From Pseudomonadota bacterium (GTDB taxonomy: Bacteria; Myxococcota_A; UBA9042; GCA-2863065): a stretch of 64,000 nucleotides of DNA. Within the stretch, counting starts at the first letter, position 1. The number at the start of each line of letters is the position of its first letter. The stretch covers positions 1,190-65,189 of the forward strand of contig PKDL01000512.1 of the NCBI GenBank assembly GCA_002863065.1, read 5' to 3'. The translations under genes and the position numbers were made by a program. A model generated the notes under the pieces. It was not told the DNA's origin, searched no databases, and saw only the letters and a program-made list of their open reading frames with translations. Below are positions 50,586-60,166 of this stretch, piece by piece.

Positions 50586-51362
50586 TCAAGTTGATAAGAC
50601 GTCGTTCATTGCGTATCGGCCAGGCTTCTGACTTGAGGCCCATAGGGCAGCGCGTACTGCACCTTGCGCAAATATTTTACGGTCGGTTGCCCGATGGGTG
50701 ATCTCTAGTCGTTCTGCATCACCAAAGTAAAAGACGGTATGCTCTCCGACCACGTCACCCCCCCGGAGCGTCTGAACTCCGATTTCGTTCGGATCGCGGG
50801 CTCCGATGGTCCCGTGTCGTGCAAAGTTGCCCATCGCTTCAGTTCGGACCGATTGCAACGTTTCCAGTAAGCGCAGCGCTGTACCGCTTGGTGCGTCGAC
50901 CTTGTGTTTGTGGTGTGTCTCCACAAGTTCCAGGTCGTAGCGCGAACCGAGCATCCTGGCTGCCTCTTTGGCAACCGCCAGCATGACGTTCACGCCAATG
51001 CTCATATTTGGTGCTTGTACCAACGGGATGGACCTTGCGTATGTGTCTAGGAGCGCATGATCTGCGTCGTTCAGTCCAGTCGTACCGATAATGATTGGAA
51101 TTCCGTTCTGCGCGCACCATGCGGCATGTTCGAGTGTTGCTTGGGGGGTTGTGAAGTCAATGACAGCATCGATGTCCCCCACCAACGGCTCGGGGCCGTT
51201 CATTATCGCTATTGGTGGATTCCCTACGGTACTTCCAAGGGCTGGAGACTGCGCATGTTCCCAGGCGCCCGCGAGGACCGCATGGGATTCGGTATCGACC
51301 ACATCGATGATAACACGTCCCATGCGGCCACTTGCGCCCGCTACTGCGATGCGAACACTCAT
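50586..51362 (-). CDS. dapB: 4-hydroxy-tetrahydrodipicolinate reductase
   Basis: MSVRIAVAGASGRMGR, an NAD-binding N-terminus, and the DapB fold. The start ATG overlaps the dapA stop. Confidence 0.9.
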   Translation of the reverse strand: MSVRIAVAGASGRMGRVIIDVVDTESHAVLAGAWEHAQSPALGSTVGNPPIAIMNGPEPLVGDIDAVIDFTTPQATLEHAAWCAQNGIPIIIGTTGLNDADHALLDTYARSIPLVQAPNMSIGVNVMLAVAKEAARMLGSRYDLELVETHHKHKVDAPSGTALRLLETLQSVRTEAMGNFARHGTIGARDPNEIGVQTLRGGDVVGEHTVFYFGDAERLEITHRATDRKIFAQGAVRAALWASSQKPGRYAMNDVLST

Positions 51363-52258
51363 AGCAGTTCAAGTTGGTGCAGTACGTTACGCATCGTTTC
51401 AACCGTTGCTTCCTGCGCTTGACCAAGCGGTTGGCGAACGACGGGTTCCATCATACCCAACAAGGATAATGCGGTTTTTGCCGGTACTGGGTTGGTTTCT
51501 GCAAACAGCGCATCAAATAATGGAAATAGCTGCGCATTGATTCTCGTGGCTTCGGATGCGTTTCCGGAAGCCCAGGCATTCCAAAGCGTAGTCATCCTTT
51601 GCGGGACGATGTTTCCGGCAACAGAGACGACCCCGTGGGCTCCTAGTGAGTACATTGCAAGGGCAAGTGCATCATCACCGCTGAGCACGGTGAAATGTTC
51701 GCCGGAAGTACCGTGAAGAATGCGTTGGACTTGTGAAAGGTCACCGCTTGCTTCTTTCACTGCGACGATGCTCTTGTGCGCTGCTAGTTCGATGGTGACG
51801 TTAGCTGGCATGTTCGTTCCGGTTCGCCCTGGTACGTTGTAAAGCACCACGGGTAAGCCGCCATTGTCAGCCACAGCCCGAAAGTGTGCCGCCTGCATGG
51901 TTGGACCTGGTTTGTTGTAATACGGGACCACGACTAGAGCAGCATCGCAGCCAAGCTCTTTGGCAAGTCGAGTCGTTTCTATGGTCTTTTTTGTATTGTT
52001 GCTGCCAGTGCCTGCAATGACCGGGATACGTCCATCAACTTGCTGCACGACTGTCTTGACGACTAGCGCAAATTCCTCTGCCGAGAGTGTAGGAGTTTCG
52101 CCTGTCGTTCCGCAGGGTACGATGGCGTTCATTCCGGCATGTAGCTGGGAGTCTACGAGCGACTTCAGTGCATTGACGTCAATCGTTCCATCCCGATCGA
52201 ATGGCGTGACGATCGCGGACATTGTGCCGGTTATCGAAAGTGACATGGTTTCCCTCAT
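51359..52258 (-). CDS. dapA: 4-hydroxy-tetrahydrodipicolinate synthase
   Basis: DapA family: GTTGETPTLS, and an active-site Lys region in AVKEASGD. 299 aa. Confidence 0.9.
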   Translation of the reverse strand: MRETMSLSITGTMSAIVTPFDRDGTIDVNALKSLVDSQLHAGMNAIVPCGTTGETPTLSAEEFALVVKTVVQQVDGRIPVIAGTGSNNTKKTIETTRLAKELGCDAALVVVPYYNKPGPTMQAAHFRAVADNGGLPVVLYNVPGRTGTNMPANVTIELAAHKSIVAVKEASGDLSQVQRILHGTSGEHFTVLSGDDALALAMYSLGAHGVVSVAGNIVPQRMTTLWNAWASGNASEATRINAQLFPLFDALFAETNPVPAKTALSLLGMMEPVVRQPLGQAQEATVETMRNVLHQLELL

Positions 52259-52358
52259 ATCTCAGTGAACGTCGTATGTGTTTGGGAGACGGTATTACAC
52301 CTTCAGACCGCGTGGCTAGCCTGAAACGGTTACGATGTGTTCGATACTTATGTTCAAT

Positions 52359-52961
52359 CTATCGTTTCAAGGCTCTTGGGGGTGCCGTTGGTCTCCGAGC
52401 GACGTTTCGCGATTCAATCATTGAGAGGCCACGCTCGATTGCTAATCGGACAGTAATGTCTTCTTCTGATACGAGCGTGTTCATCAGCATATTTTGAATT
52501 CGGCCGTCGTCGATTTCCGCAAGAGCTACTGCAGCTCCGGCCCGAACCCTATGATCCAGGTCTCTGAGAAAAGGCCGTATCTCGTACAGCATCTTTACGC
52601 CGAATGCTCGTGCCAAGGCTCTCATACAAGCGCGTTGGAATGCGGGTACCTGCCGTCTGGTATAGAGTAATGTCATCAACACTTCTTCCGTTCGTTTGGT
52701 CGGAAAGTATTCCAGCGCACGGATAGCGTTCAATCTCAGGCGGGGAGGCTGTTGCCGGTCGATGGCAAGTTCCATGAGTATGCGATTGGTGGTGCTTAGC
52801 TCCCCTGTCCGGTACAGCATTTTGGGCGTCGGAAAGCGATTTTTTGCGGTGATTAGCGTAATCACAACATGGCGATGTGAGTCATCCACTACTTGCGCCG
52901 ACACGGTCCCAGCGAGTAGGCCTATCAATATCCCGAAGGTTAGTACGTGTCGTTTATGCAA
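52359..52961 (-). CDS. secreted HEAT/PBS-lyase-like repeat protein, hypothetical
   Basis: Signal peptide MHKRHVLTFGILIGLLAGTVSA. Repeated helical motifs (RLNAIRALEYF, RACMRALARAFG, RAGAAVALAEID) are typical of HEAT-like repeats. Confidence 0.45.
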   Translation of the reverse strand: MHKRHVLTFGILIGLLAGTVSAQVVDDSHRHVVITLITAKNRFPTPKMLYRTGELSTTNRILMELAIDRQQPPRLRLNAIRALEYFPTKRTEEVLMTLLYTRRQVPAFQRACMRALARAFGVKMLYEIRPFLRDLDHRVRAGAAVALAEIDDGRIQNMLMNTLVSEEDITVRLAIERGLSMIESRNVARRPTAPPRALKR

Positions 52962-53020
52962 TTATCTTCTCCCGCGGTTCGCCAACAGATTGCCGGTCTT
53001 CGCCCAGATTGTTAAGGTCC

Positions 53021-53854
53021 GCGCCTATGAACGACATGATTACTCCTGATGAAATTAGCCTTATTCGGGCGGCATACGATGATAGAACCAAGTTACCGAG
53101 CGCATCTGCGGCCGTAAAAAAAGCATTAGAGGCGCTGGATCTTGGTCACATCCGAGTCGCCGAAAAACATCCTGACGGTCATTGGACGGTGAACGCTTGG
53201 GTCAAGGAAGCGATCCTTTGCTTTTTTCGTCTTAGCAATGTGACAGACTTTGAAGCTGGGGAGTTGAAGTTTCGTGATCTGATGCCCACGAAGACCCGGC
53301 TTGCTGAGGCGGGAATTCGGGTCGTACCGCCGGCAGTGGCCAGATACGGTAGTTTTCTGGAACCCGGTGTCATTATGATGCCGAGCTTCGTGAACATTGG
53401 CGCATATGTGGGTGCGGGTACGATGGTGGACACGTGGGCTACTGTTGGGAGCTGCGCGCAAGTCGGTGGTGGTGTGCATATTTCCGGAGGTGTGGGAATT
53501 GGTGGGGTGTTAGAGCCCGCGAACGCTTCACCTGTGATTATCGAAGATGGTGCATTTCTAGGCAGTCGGTCCATCATCGTTGAAGGCGTACATATCGAGC
53601 GAGAGGCTGTGCTTGGTGCGGGGGTAGTATTGACTGCCAGTACTCCGATTATCGACGTGACGGGTTCGGAAGAGATCGTCACTAGAGGGCGCGTTCCAGC
53701 CCGGAGTGTCGTCGTGCCTGGTACGAGGATGAAGACGTTTCCCGCGGGTGCCTACGGTTTGCCGTGTGCTTTGATCATTGGCCAGCGCAAAGAATCAACT
53801 GACCGTAAAACAAGTCTGAATGATGCCCTTCGGGATTTTTCAGTCTCCGTCTAG
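53021..53854 (+). CDS. dapD: 2,3,4,5-tetrahydropyridine-2,6-dicarboxylate N-succinyltransferase
   Basis: Left-handed beta-helix hexapeptide repeats (GAYVGAGTMVDTWATVGSCAQVGGGVHISGGVGIGG). The N-terminal domain is DapD-like. The start is at MNDMITPDE (ATG 53021). The ORF-track start at 52877 would overlap the divergent gene. Confidence 0.85.
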   Translation, partial: APMNDMITPDEISLIRAAYDDRTKLPSASAAVKKALEALDLGHIRVAEKHPDGHWTVNAWVKEAILCFFRLSNVTDFEAGELKFRDLMPTKTRLAEAGIRVVPPAVARYGSFLEPGVIMMPSFVNIGAYVGAGTMVDTWATVGSCAQVGGGVHISGGVGIGGVLEPANASPVIIEDGAFLGSRSIIVEGVHIEREAVLGAGVVLTASTPIIDVTGSEEIVTRGRVPARSVVVPGTRMKTFPAGAYGLPCALIIGQRKESTDRKTSLNDALRDFSVSV

Positions 53855-54493
53855 TGGCGATGGCGTTCTCTGATCGTCAGTGTCAGGATCGATAGTCAGC
53901 TCTTCTTTACGGTTCGGAGCGATGCGAGCGATTTGGCTCTCAAGCGAGTTCGCGGACAACCCTGCAGTCATGATTAACTTCATTGTCGATTCCACGTCTA
54001 AATCGAGAGGTTTAAGTCTCTCGGCAGGCAGATATACGAGATAGCCGCCAATTTGGTAGCTCAAAGGAAAGTATACGCCGACCCGTTCACCTTCTGTTTT
54101 GTTGGTCGCGATGCCTAGCATGTGAGCATCCTCCGAAAGACGTACTCGGACCGGTGTGCCGCGCGGCTTGCTATCGGACGGGTTGAAGAACTGTAAAAGG
54201 TCACGTACCGAGCTGTAGAGTGTTTTTACCAGGGGGAGACGCTCGATCATCGACTCTGTACCCGAGACGAGGTTTCGGAACAGATAGAGTCGAGTCGCTA
54301 ACCCGATGAAGTACACGAGTGTGCATCCGACGACGATGCCCATGCCCGGGAAAGTACTGGTCTTATCGGAGAATAGGTCCGAGATAGATTTGTCCAGCCA
54401 GTGCATGGAGGCATACAAAACATACGAGGTAAAAACCACCGGAATGACGACGATTAGTCCCTGCAAAAAGGTCGCAAATATTCGTTTTATCAA
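53840..54493 (-). CDS. DUF502-family membrane protein
   Basis: N-terminus MIKRIFATFLQGLIVVIPVVFTSYVLY and a second TM helix, typical of DUF502. 217 aa. Confidence 0.55.
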   Translation of the reverse strand: MIKRIFATFLQGLIVVIPVVFTSYVLYASMHWLDKSISDLFSDKTSTFPGMGIVVGCTLVYFIGLATRLYLFRNLVSGTESMIERLPLVKTLYSSVRDLLQFFNPSDSKPRGTPVRVRLSEDAHMLGIATNKTEGERVGVYFPLSYQIGGYLVYLPAERLKPLDLDVESTMKLIMTAGLSANSLESQIARIAPNRKEELTIDPDTDDQRTPSPLDGD

Positions 54494-54636
54494 TCCTCAT
54501 CCTCATAAGCGGTTGGCCATGCCTAGCTTGTTTCCTCGTTTATCGCCAGGTTGCAACTTTTCTTATCCTGGGGATGGGTAGTTGGCTGGAGCACTATAAA
54601 CAAACGACCGAGTCTTAGATTAGGGGTAGACAAGTT

Positions 54637-54713
54637 GATGGTTTCGCTGGGATAACTTCGCGCAGTCACAATGTAAGTGGTTTCGCTGGTTCTAGTGAGT
54701 GGTATCGCTGGTT
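54637..54713. promoter_or_regulatory. three direct repeats TGGTTTCGCTGG / TGGTATCGCTGG upstream of the S8 protease gene
   Basis: GATGGTTTCGCTGGG (54637), AGTGGTTTCGCTGGTTC (54676), AGTGGTATCGCTGGTTC (54698). The last two are a 17-bp near-perfect direct repeat with 22-bp phasing, ~60-130 bp upstream of the ATG at 54770. Confidence 0.3.
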
Positions 54714-54769
54714 CCATTCTGTGAGACCTTCTAGTGACAAAGAGCGAAGCGAATACGACGGAGGTAGTT

Positions 54770-57700
54770 ATGTTGGGTCGGAAGCTCATCGCGATTCGGG
54801 TCCTTTGCATCATGACATGCGGACTGGTGGCGACAGCGCAAGCAGATTGGCCAAATGGGCCAGATGAGGATCCACGTCTTGCATACCCTAACGATCCTGG
54901 CTACATCCAAATTAATGAGGACGGAGAGGTTACTGGGGGACAATGGAATCTCTGGTCCTTCGTGCCGGACTCCTACACAGAAAAAAATGGTTTTCGAGAG
55001 GCGGAGCTATCGATGGGCACGGGAATCCATGCCGACCGTGCCTGGCAACGCACAATTGGCGATCGACGGACCATTATCGCTGTATTGGATTCGGGTATTC
55101 GCTGGAATGATGGCGATACGCAATTCAAGCACTATCTTTCAAAGTCCGAGCTGCAGAATTGTCTTCCAACCCCGCTACCTGGGGCTGCACCGGATGCTGA
55201 TCCTTATGACGTCGACGGCAATGGATATTTCAACCTCGCGGACTACCTCGCGGCTGATGCAGACTATGCTGTTACGCTAGATGAGAGCGGTAATAATAAT
55301 GGTAAGGCGGATCCTGAAGACTTAATTCTGACCTGCTCAGATGGTGTTGACGATGACGGCAATGGCTTCACGGACGATATTTCTGGCTGGGACTCCTTTG
55401 CCGGGGATAACAACCCATTTGACGATACCAATTATGGGCATGGCACGGGCGAAGCGAGAGATTCAGGTGCGGCTGGAAATGACGGCAGGGGTAATATCGG
55501 GGTGTGCCCCGAGTGCACTCTGCTCAGCGTCCGTGTTGGAGACTCTTTTGTGGTGGATGCAAATGACTTTGCTACCGGCGTCATCTTTGCGGTCGACTCC
55601 GGCGCCAAGGTAGTTCAAGAAGCTCTTGGCTCGGTCAATATGACCCCTTATGCACGGCAAGCAATCGAATATGCTTACCAAAACAACACGGTCATTATCG
55701 CGTCCGCCGCCGATGAACTATCGTTTCATCACAACATGCCAGGCACGAATAACCATACCGTGTACGTGCATGCCGTTGTGTATGACGGTCAAAAAGCGAA
55801 CAAATCTACGACATTCTTGAACTTCAACAATTGCACCAACTTTGGCGGGCAGTTGTTGCTTTCCACACCAGGAACTGGATGTAGTTCTGAAGCGGTGGGT
55901 ATCTCCTCGGGTCATGCGGGCTTAATCTATTCCGCAGGCCTGAAAGCGGCAACGAACCCACCTCTTTCCGCTGAGGAGCTACGTGGAATTATGATCATGA
56001 GCTCGGATGATATCGATGTTCCAGAATCTGCTGACGATATGACGAAATTCCCAAGCGGCCCAGGCTGGGACTGGCACTTTGGTTACGGACGTAATAACGC
56101 GCGTACTTCCGTAGATATGGTGCTGGATGATCAGATCCCACCTGAGGCGGATATCGAGAAGCCATACTGGTTCGAACCGATAGAAGTGACCCAACGTCCG
56201 ACGGTTGACATCACTGGTCGTATCGGTTCGCGTGTCGACGGTCTCGATGCCCGGTACGACAACTACAGCTATACGTTGGAATGGGCACCAGGTGTTGATC
56301 CCAAAGATGGCTGGGAGACCCTACATACGGGCGAGGGTGAAGTAGGCGGGGAGAATGCAGATGTAATCTTCACTTGGGATGTCGCAGCTGCCAGCACACG
56401 ATACGACTATGACGCAGATCTCGTCGACCCTCACCAGTATGCCGCGACGCTAAGGCTAGTGGTTAGCACGAACCACAACGGTAAAATGCTCAAAAATGAG
56501 TTTCGTAAGACCGTACATCTATTTCGTGACCCCGGACTGATGCCGGGCTTTCCAAAAGACATGGGGACATCACTCGAGGCATCCCCCAAAATAGTCGATT
56601 TGGACGGGGACGGGAGCGAAGAACTCGTATTTGTCAGTACCGATGGGTACGTACATGCGATGCGTGCTGACGGTTCGGAAAACACGGGGTTTCCTGCAAG
56701 ATTGGGTCTCAGGGATGAGATTTCGGATGAGGGATTTGGCATCGCGGGGATTTGCGCATTCCGTGCCTTAGCCGACAAAGGCTCATGCGCAAATCGGGGA
56801 TTCGTAGACCCTGACGTCGCGCGTCAATGGTCCATGTCTGGACTCGCCATTGGCAAACTGACGAGCGAGCAGGACCTTAGTATCGTGGTGTCGACGTATG
56901 ATGGGTACGTGTACGTTTTCGACTCCGAGGCGCAGCTACGTGACGGCTGGCCTCAACGCACTGACCCCATGTTTTCTGCGGTGACCAGTAAAGAAGCCAC
57001 ATTAGATGAAGGGTTTTTCTCGGCACCCGTCCTTTATGATCTAGACAGCGACGGTGACCTCGAGATCATCAGTTCTGCCATGGATATGCACATGTACGTC
57101 TGGCATCACGATGGCCAGATGATGTCCGGTTGGCCGTTGTTGGTGAAAGACCCACTGGAAGAACAACGCGCACGAATGATTACGACACCGGCGATTGGAG
57201 ATGTGGATCAAGACGGAAACCCGGAGATTGTGGCGTGCACTAACGAGGTCTTTGGTGCCAATGAAGGTCGCGGGTATGTTCTAAAACATAACGGAGCTTC
57301 CGGTACTGAGGCGACAGATGAGGCGCTAGAAACGGGTTGGCCAGTGTCGACATTTGGTCTTACCGTAGAGACTCTACCTCTTGTCGGTCGAGGCTGTCCG
57401 ACCAATCCGGCCATTGCAAATCTCGACGAGGATCCAGAACTTGAAATCAACCTAGACGCAATCGCATTCCGCCCTTTGATGTGGAACTACGATGGGTCCG
57501 AATACACCGTGATCAATAGTTTTGGTGAAGAGCTGCAGTTCGATAACTTCAATATGGGATCACAGGCGGCTTCACAGGATGCACCGACGTACACCTTGAT
57601 GAATAACGGGACGTTTGCCAGGTTTGATGACAACGAGACCATTGACTTTCTAAAGGGAACTGCTGGATTCGATTTCGCATTGACCTTTGCTGAGGGGGGC

Positions 57701-58369
57701 AAGCGCGCTGTATTCGATCATCAGTTATCGGCTTGGGATACTTCGACTGGAAAGTACCTTACGCATTGGCCCCGCATATCAGAGGATTGGCAGTTCTTTA
57801 TGAACCCGGTGGTGGTAGATATCGATGGGGACGATCTACCCGAAGCTATTAATGCGTCCGGTGGCTATCTCGTTCACGCGTGGAACTTTCGAGGTGAAGA
57901 ACCCGAGGGGTTTCCGAAAATGACAGGCAGTTGGTTAATCAGTACCCCCGCATTCGGTGACCTGGATGGGGACGGTCTATTCGAGGTGGTAGCAATGACC
58001 CGTTTGGGTTGGCTGTATGCCTGGGATACGGAGGGTCCAACCTGGGGGCGTATTGAGTGGCAGACCTATGGACACGACCTTCATAACACCAACAATTATG
58101 AGGAGCCCGTAGGTCAGTATAACAACTACCCCGAACGGCCTGAGCCCCCGGACTCGACAGACTCGACGGACGCTGCAGATACAGCAGATGGTAGCGATTC
58201 GACCACGGAAACAGACGGCATACAGCCCGATGAGGACACTTCGTCGGGTTCCAGCACATCGGATGACAGCGGGTGCTCCACATCTGTGGGTCTGCCAAAT
58301 GAATACGGGCCGCCACTGCTACTTCTGTTTGGGTTGATGTTTGCACTCACGTACCGTCGGACTGCATAA
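54770..58369 (+). CDS. subtilisin-like (S8) serine protease with FG-GAP/VCBS beta-propeller repeats and MYXO-CTERM-like C-terminal sorting tail
   Basis: ATG at 54770 with a strong SD (GGAGGTAG). Signal peptide MLGRKLIAIRVLCIMTCGLVATAQA. S8 motifs ILDSGIRWND (Asp), NYGHGTGEA (His) and STPGTGCSSEAVG (Ser region). FG-GAP-like repeats DLDGDGSEELVFV, YDLDSDGDLEII, GDVDQDGNPEIVA and GDLDGDGLFEVVA. C-terminal ...SGCSTSVGLPNEYGPPLLLLFGLMFALTYRRTA. Confidence 0.75.
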   Translation: MLGRKLIAIRVLCIMTCGLVATAQADWPNGPDEDPRLAYPNDPGYIQINEDGEVTGGQWNLWSFVPDSYTEKNGFREAELSMGTGIHADRAWQRTIGDRRTIIAVLDSGIRWNDGDTQFKHYLSKSELQNCLPTPLPGAAPDADPYDVDGNGYFNLADYLAADADYAVTLDESGNNNGKADPEDLILTCSDGVDDDGNGFTDDISGWDSFAGDNNPFDDTNYGHGTGEARDSGAAGNDGRGNIGVCPECTLLSVRVGDSFVVDANDFATGVIFAVDSGAKVVQEALGSVNMTPYARQAIEYAYQNNTVIIASAADELSFHHNMPGTNNHTVYVHAVVYDGQKANKSTTFLNFNNCTNFGGQLLLSTPGTGCSSEAVGISSGHAGLIYSAGLKAATNPPLSAEELRGIMIMSSDDIDVPESADDMTKFPSGPGWDWHFGYGRNNARTSVDMVLDDQIPPEADIEKPYWFEPIEVTQRPTVDITGRIGSRVDGLDARYDNYSYTLEWAPGVDPKDGWETLHTGEGEVGGENADVIFTWDVAAASTRYDYDADLVDPHQYAATLRLVVSTNHNGKMLKNEFRKTVHLFRDPGLMPGFPKDMGTSLEASPKIVDLDGDGSEELVFVSTDGYVHAMRADGSENTGFPARLGLRDEISDEGFGIAGICAFRALADKGSCANRGFVDPDVARQWSMSGLAIGKLTSEQDLSIVVSTYDGYVYVFDSEAQLRDGWPQRTDPMFSAVTSKEATLDEGFFSAPVLYDLDSDGDLEIISSAMDMHMYVWHHDGQMMSGWPLLVKDPLEEQRARMITTPAIGDVDQDGNPEIVACTNEVFGANEGRGYVLKHNGASGTEATDEALETGWPVSTFGLTVETLPLVGRGCPTNPAIANLDEDPELEINLDAIAFRPLMWNYDGSEYTVINSFGEELQFDNFNMGSQAASQDAPTYTLMNNGTFARFDDNETIDFLKGTAGFDFALTFAEGGKRAVFDHQLSAWDTSTGKYLTHWPRISEDWQFFMNPVVVDIDGDDLPEAINASGGYLVHAWNFRGEEPEGFPKMTGSWLISTPAFGDLDGDGLFEVVAMTRLGWLYAWDTEGPTWGRIEWQTYGHDLHNTNNYEEPVGQYNNYPERPEPPDSTDSTDAADTADGSDSTTETDGIQPDEDTSSGSSTSDDSGCSTSVGLPNEYGPPLLLLFGLMFALTYRRTA

Positions 58370-58437
58370 ACCAATCGCATGATAAGGGGATCCCGCCTGT
58401 CGAGAGGCAACGCAGAAGTGCTTATGTCCTCTGGATA

Positions 58438-58854
58438 TTGCAGCCTTTACTCACACCTGTTGAAAACTATTACGTAATTCGAACATGTTTTTTTTGGCGT
58501 TCGTCGGCTCTGGACCCCACACTGCGCCGCGTGAGCACTTATCGCACAGACTCAGTAAGCATTGACCCGCGTCGCTTGGAGGGAATCCTTTCTCAAGGGG
58601 CTCTTGGTCATCATGTACTGTTCGACGTGATTCAAATTCGACGTGCGTTGGGTCGGAGTCTCCTAACCGGAGATCATCGCGGTGCACTCGATGAATTACA
58701 GTCGATCCTTACTGAACTTACGCAGTGCGATAGCGTACATCAGCAGAGGGCTATTATTCTTGCGCTTCCTGAGTCGTTACAAGACCTTGTAGTCCGAATG
58801 TACTTCCACTTCTTAGACCAATATATTCGACGGCAACAGCTGACTTGGCATTAG
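58438..58854 (+). CDS. hypothetical small protein (uncertain)
   Basis: 138-aa ORF in the track. Its N-terminal part runs through a T-rich, non-coding-looking stretch. A shorter product starting near VSTYRTDSVSIDPRR is possible. Confidence 0.2.
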   Translation: MQPLLTPVENYYVIRTCFFWRSSALDPTLRRVSTYRTDSVSIDPRRLEGILSQGALGHHVLFDVIQIRRALGRSLLTGDHRGALDELQSILTELTQCDSVHQQRAIILALPESLQDLVVRMYFHFLDQYIRRQQLTWH

Positions 58855-58894
58855 GCGCGTAGGTGTCGAAAAGAGTCCGAAGGCAGCGAGGCTC

Positions 58895-60133
58895 TTACCC
58901 GTCGAAACAACGAGCAAGGAAACTGAAGTGTTGCCGTTCGTGATCGGTCATGCTGTAACTTTTGCTTGGGTTTAGCGTGAGAATCACATTGTCAATGCGA
59001 GTACCTGAAGGTCCTGCTGCCGGGAGAGTGATGGGAATACACCCCGGTGCTTGTAGGTTTTTCAACTGACTGATGTCTGTGCCGCGCGGCGGTAGCGCTA
59101 CGGCACAGGCAAATTGGGCAGCGTCGGGTGGCGACAGAAATGCTGTACCAAACAACCCGTCTGGTTGAGTCACAACTAACGCGCTTGGATTACCTTCGAT
59201 ATCCTCAGTCGACTCCATAATGGGTTTGGTGGCAAACGCTAAGAGATATCGAGTACCAGCGGGTGCGCCAGGCAGAGTAACTTTGCCTGTGAAAGCGCGT
59301 CGCGTGGTTCCTGGCCATAGGTCTGGTGGAATGAAGCTACTGAATCCGAGGAGCTCTGACGTATTCTCCAATGTTTTCAGTTCCAGCCGAATGTTGTTTG
59401 CCTCTTTTCGCGTCCCTGGTCCGCGAGAAACAATCGCTTGGGGGGTACAGCCCGCAGTGTGGACGTACGTGAATTCCTGGTAATCTGTCGTCTGAAAAGC
59501 GCAGAGATATACCATTCTTTCCGATGCTGAAAAGTCGAACCTGAATGTGTCGGCTTTTAGAAAAAAGCTCTCATACACGAGCACCTTCGGGGCTGAGCCC
59601 CATTGCTCGACGGGGACGTTAGTGGCTACGACTGTAGTGACCGCTTTTTTCCCTAGTTTCTGAATGTTGGGGTCGGGATTGACGATGGTAACGGTACCAT
59701 TGACTTGGTAGCTATGGGGACCGGAGTTGCCCCGAACCATGCATGCTGAGGTACTACGCGGTCCATCTAACCCGGGTCTACCACTCGGGTCGGGTTCTCC
59801 TACCCCAACCCCTTGTTGCTGCGGATCACCGTTTCCATCCGGTCCTGAGCCGTCTGGCCCTCGTTGGCCATCATCCGGCCCACCAGGACCGTTTCCATCC
59901 GGTCCTTGGCCATCCGGCCCTCGTCGACCATCATCTGGCCCCCTGGGACCGTCTGGACCTGGGCCGTTGCCTTGTTGCTGTTGACCACCATCGGCGCGAT
60001 CGCCTTCTACTGCGACACTTGCTTGTGGACTACGTTTTTGGATCGTGCTTCGTCGATGCCATACATAGGCACCGAGTACGCCCACGACCACGGTACCAAG
60101 AAGAATCGAACGTAAAGTCTGGTTCTGTAGCAT
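58895..60133 (-). CDS. membrane-anchored protein with collagen-like GPDG repeat linker and C-terminal globular domain
   Basis: N-terminal TM LRSILLGTVVVGVLGAYVW. Repeat tract GPGPDGPRGPDDGRRGPDGQGPDGNGPGGPDDGQRGPDGSGPDGNG. A ~300-aa C-terminal domain has no known motifs. Confidence 0.55.
   Translation of the reverse strand: MLQNQTLRSILLGTVVVGVLGAYVWHRRSTIQKRSPQASVAVEGDRADGGQQQQGNGPGPDGPRGPDDGRRGPDGQGPDGNGPGGPDDGQRGPDGSGPDGNGDPQQQGVGVGEPDPSGRPGLDGPRSTSACMVRGNSGPHSYQVNGTVTIVNPDPNIQKLGKKAVTTVVATNVPVEQWGSAPKVLVYESFFLKADTFRFDFSASERMVYLCAFQTTDYQEFTYVHTAGCTPQAIVSRGPGTRKEANNIRLELKTLENTSELLGFSSFIPPDLWPGTTRRAFTGKVTLPGAPAGTRYLLAFATKPIMESTEDIEGNPSALVVTQPDGLFGTAFLSPPDAAQFACAVALPPRGTDISQLKNLQAPGCIPITLPAAGPSGTRIDNVILTLNPSKSYSMTDHERQHFSFLARCFDG
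59826..59971 (-). repeat. coding tandem DNA repeat (~57 bp unit, at least 2 good copies plus degenerate copies) encoding the GPDG collagen-like tract
   Basis: Plus-strand 59826-59880 and 59881-59940 are near-identical (ccgtttccatccggtcct.ggcc.tc.ggccctcgt.g.ccatcatc.ggccc). Confidence 0.6.
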
Positions 60134-60166
60134 GTCGGCTGCTCCCCAACTGGAACATCAAATCAT

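Noticed and set aside
52877-53020. Upstream extension of dapD in the ORF track (start at 52877)
   Set aside because: It would overlap the divergent HEAT-repeat gene by 85 nt and adds a non-conserved Arg/Ser-rich leader. The ATG at 53021 (MNDMITPDE) is the better-supported start.
58470-58500. T8 tract after the protease gene, considered as an intrinsic terminator
   Set aside because: No convincing GC-rich stem precedes the T-run; only a self-complementary TTCGAA hexamer does.
59760-59990. Short tandem repeats at the DNA level, considered as a possible CRISPR array
   Set aside because: The repeats are in-frame coding repeats (GPDG collagen-like tract) with no unique spacers. No cas genes are present in the window.
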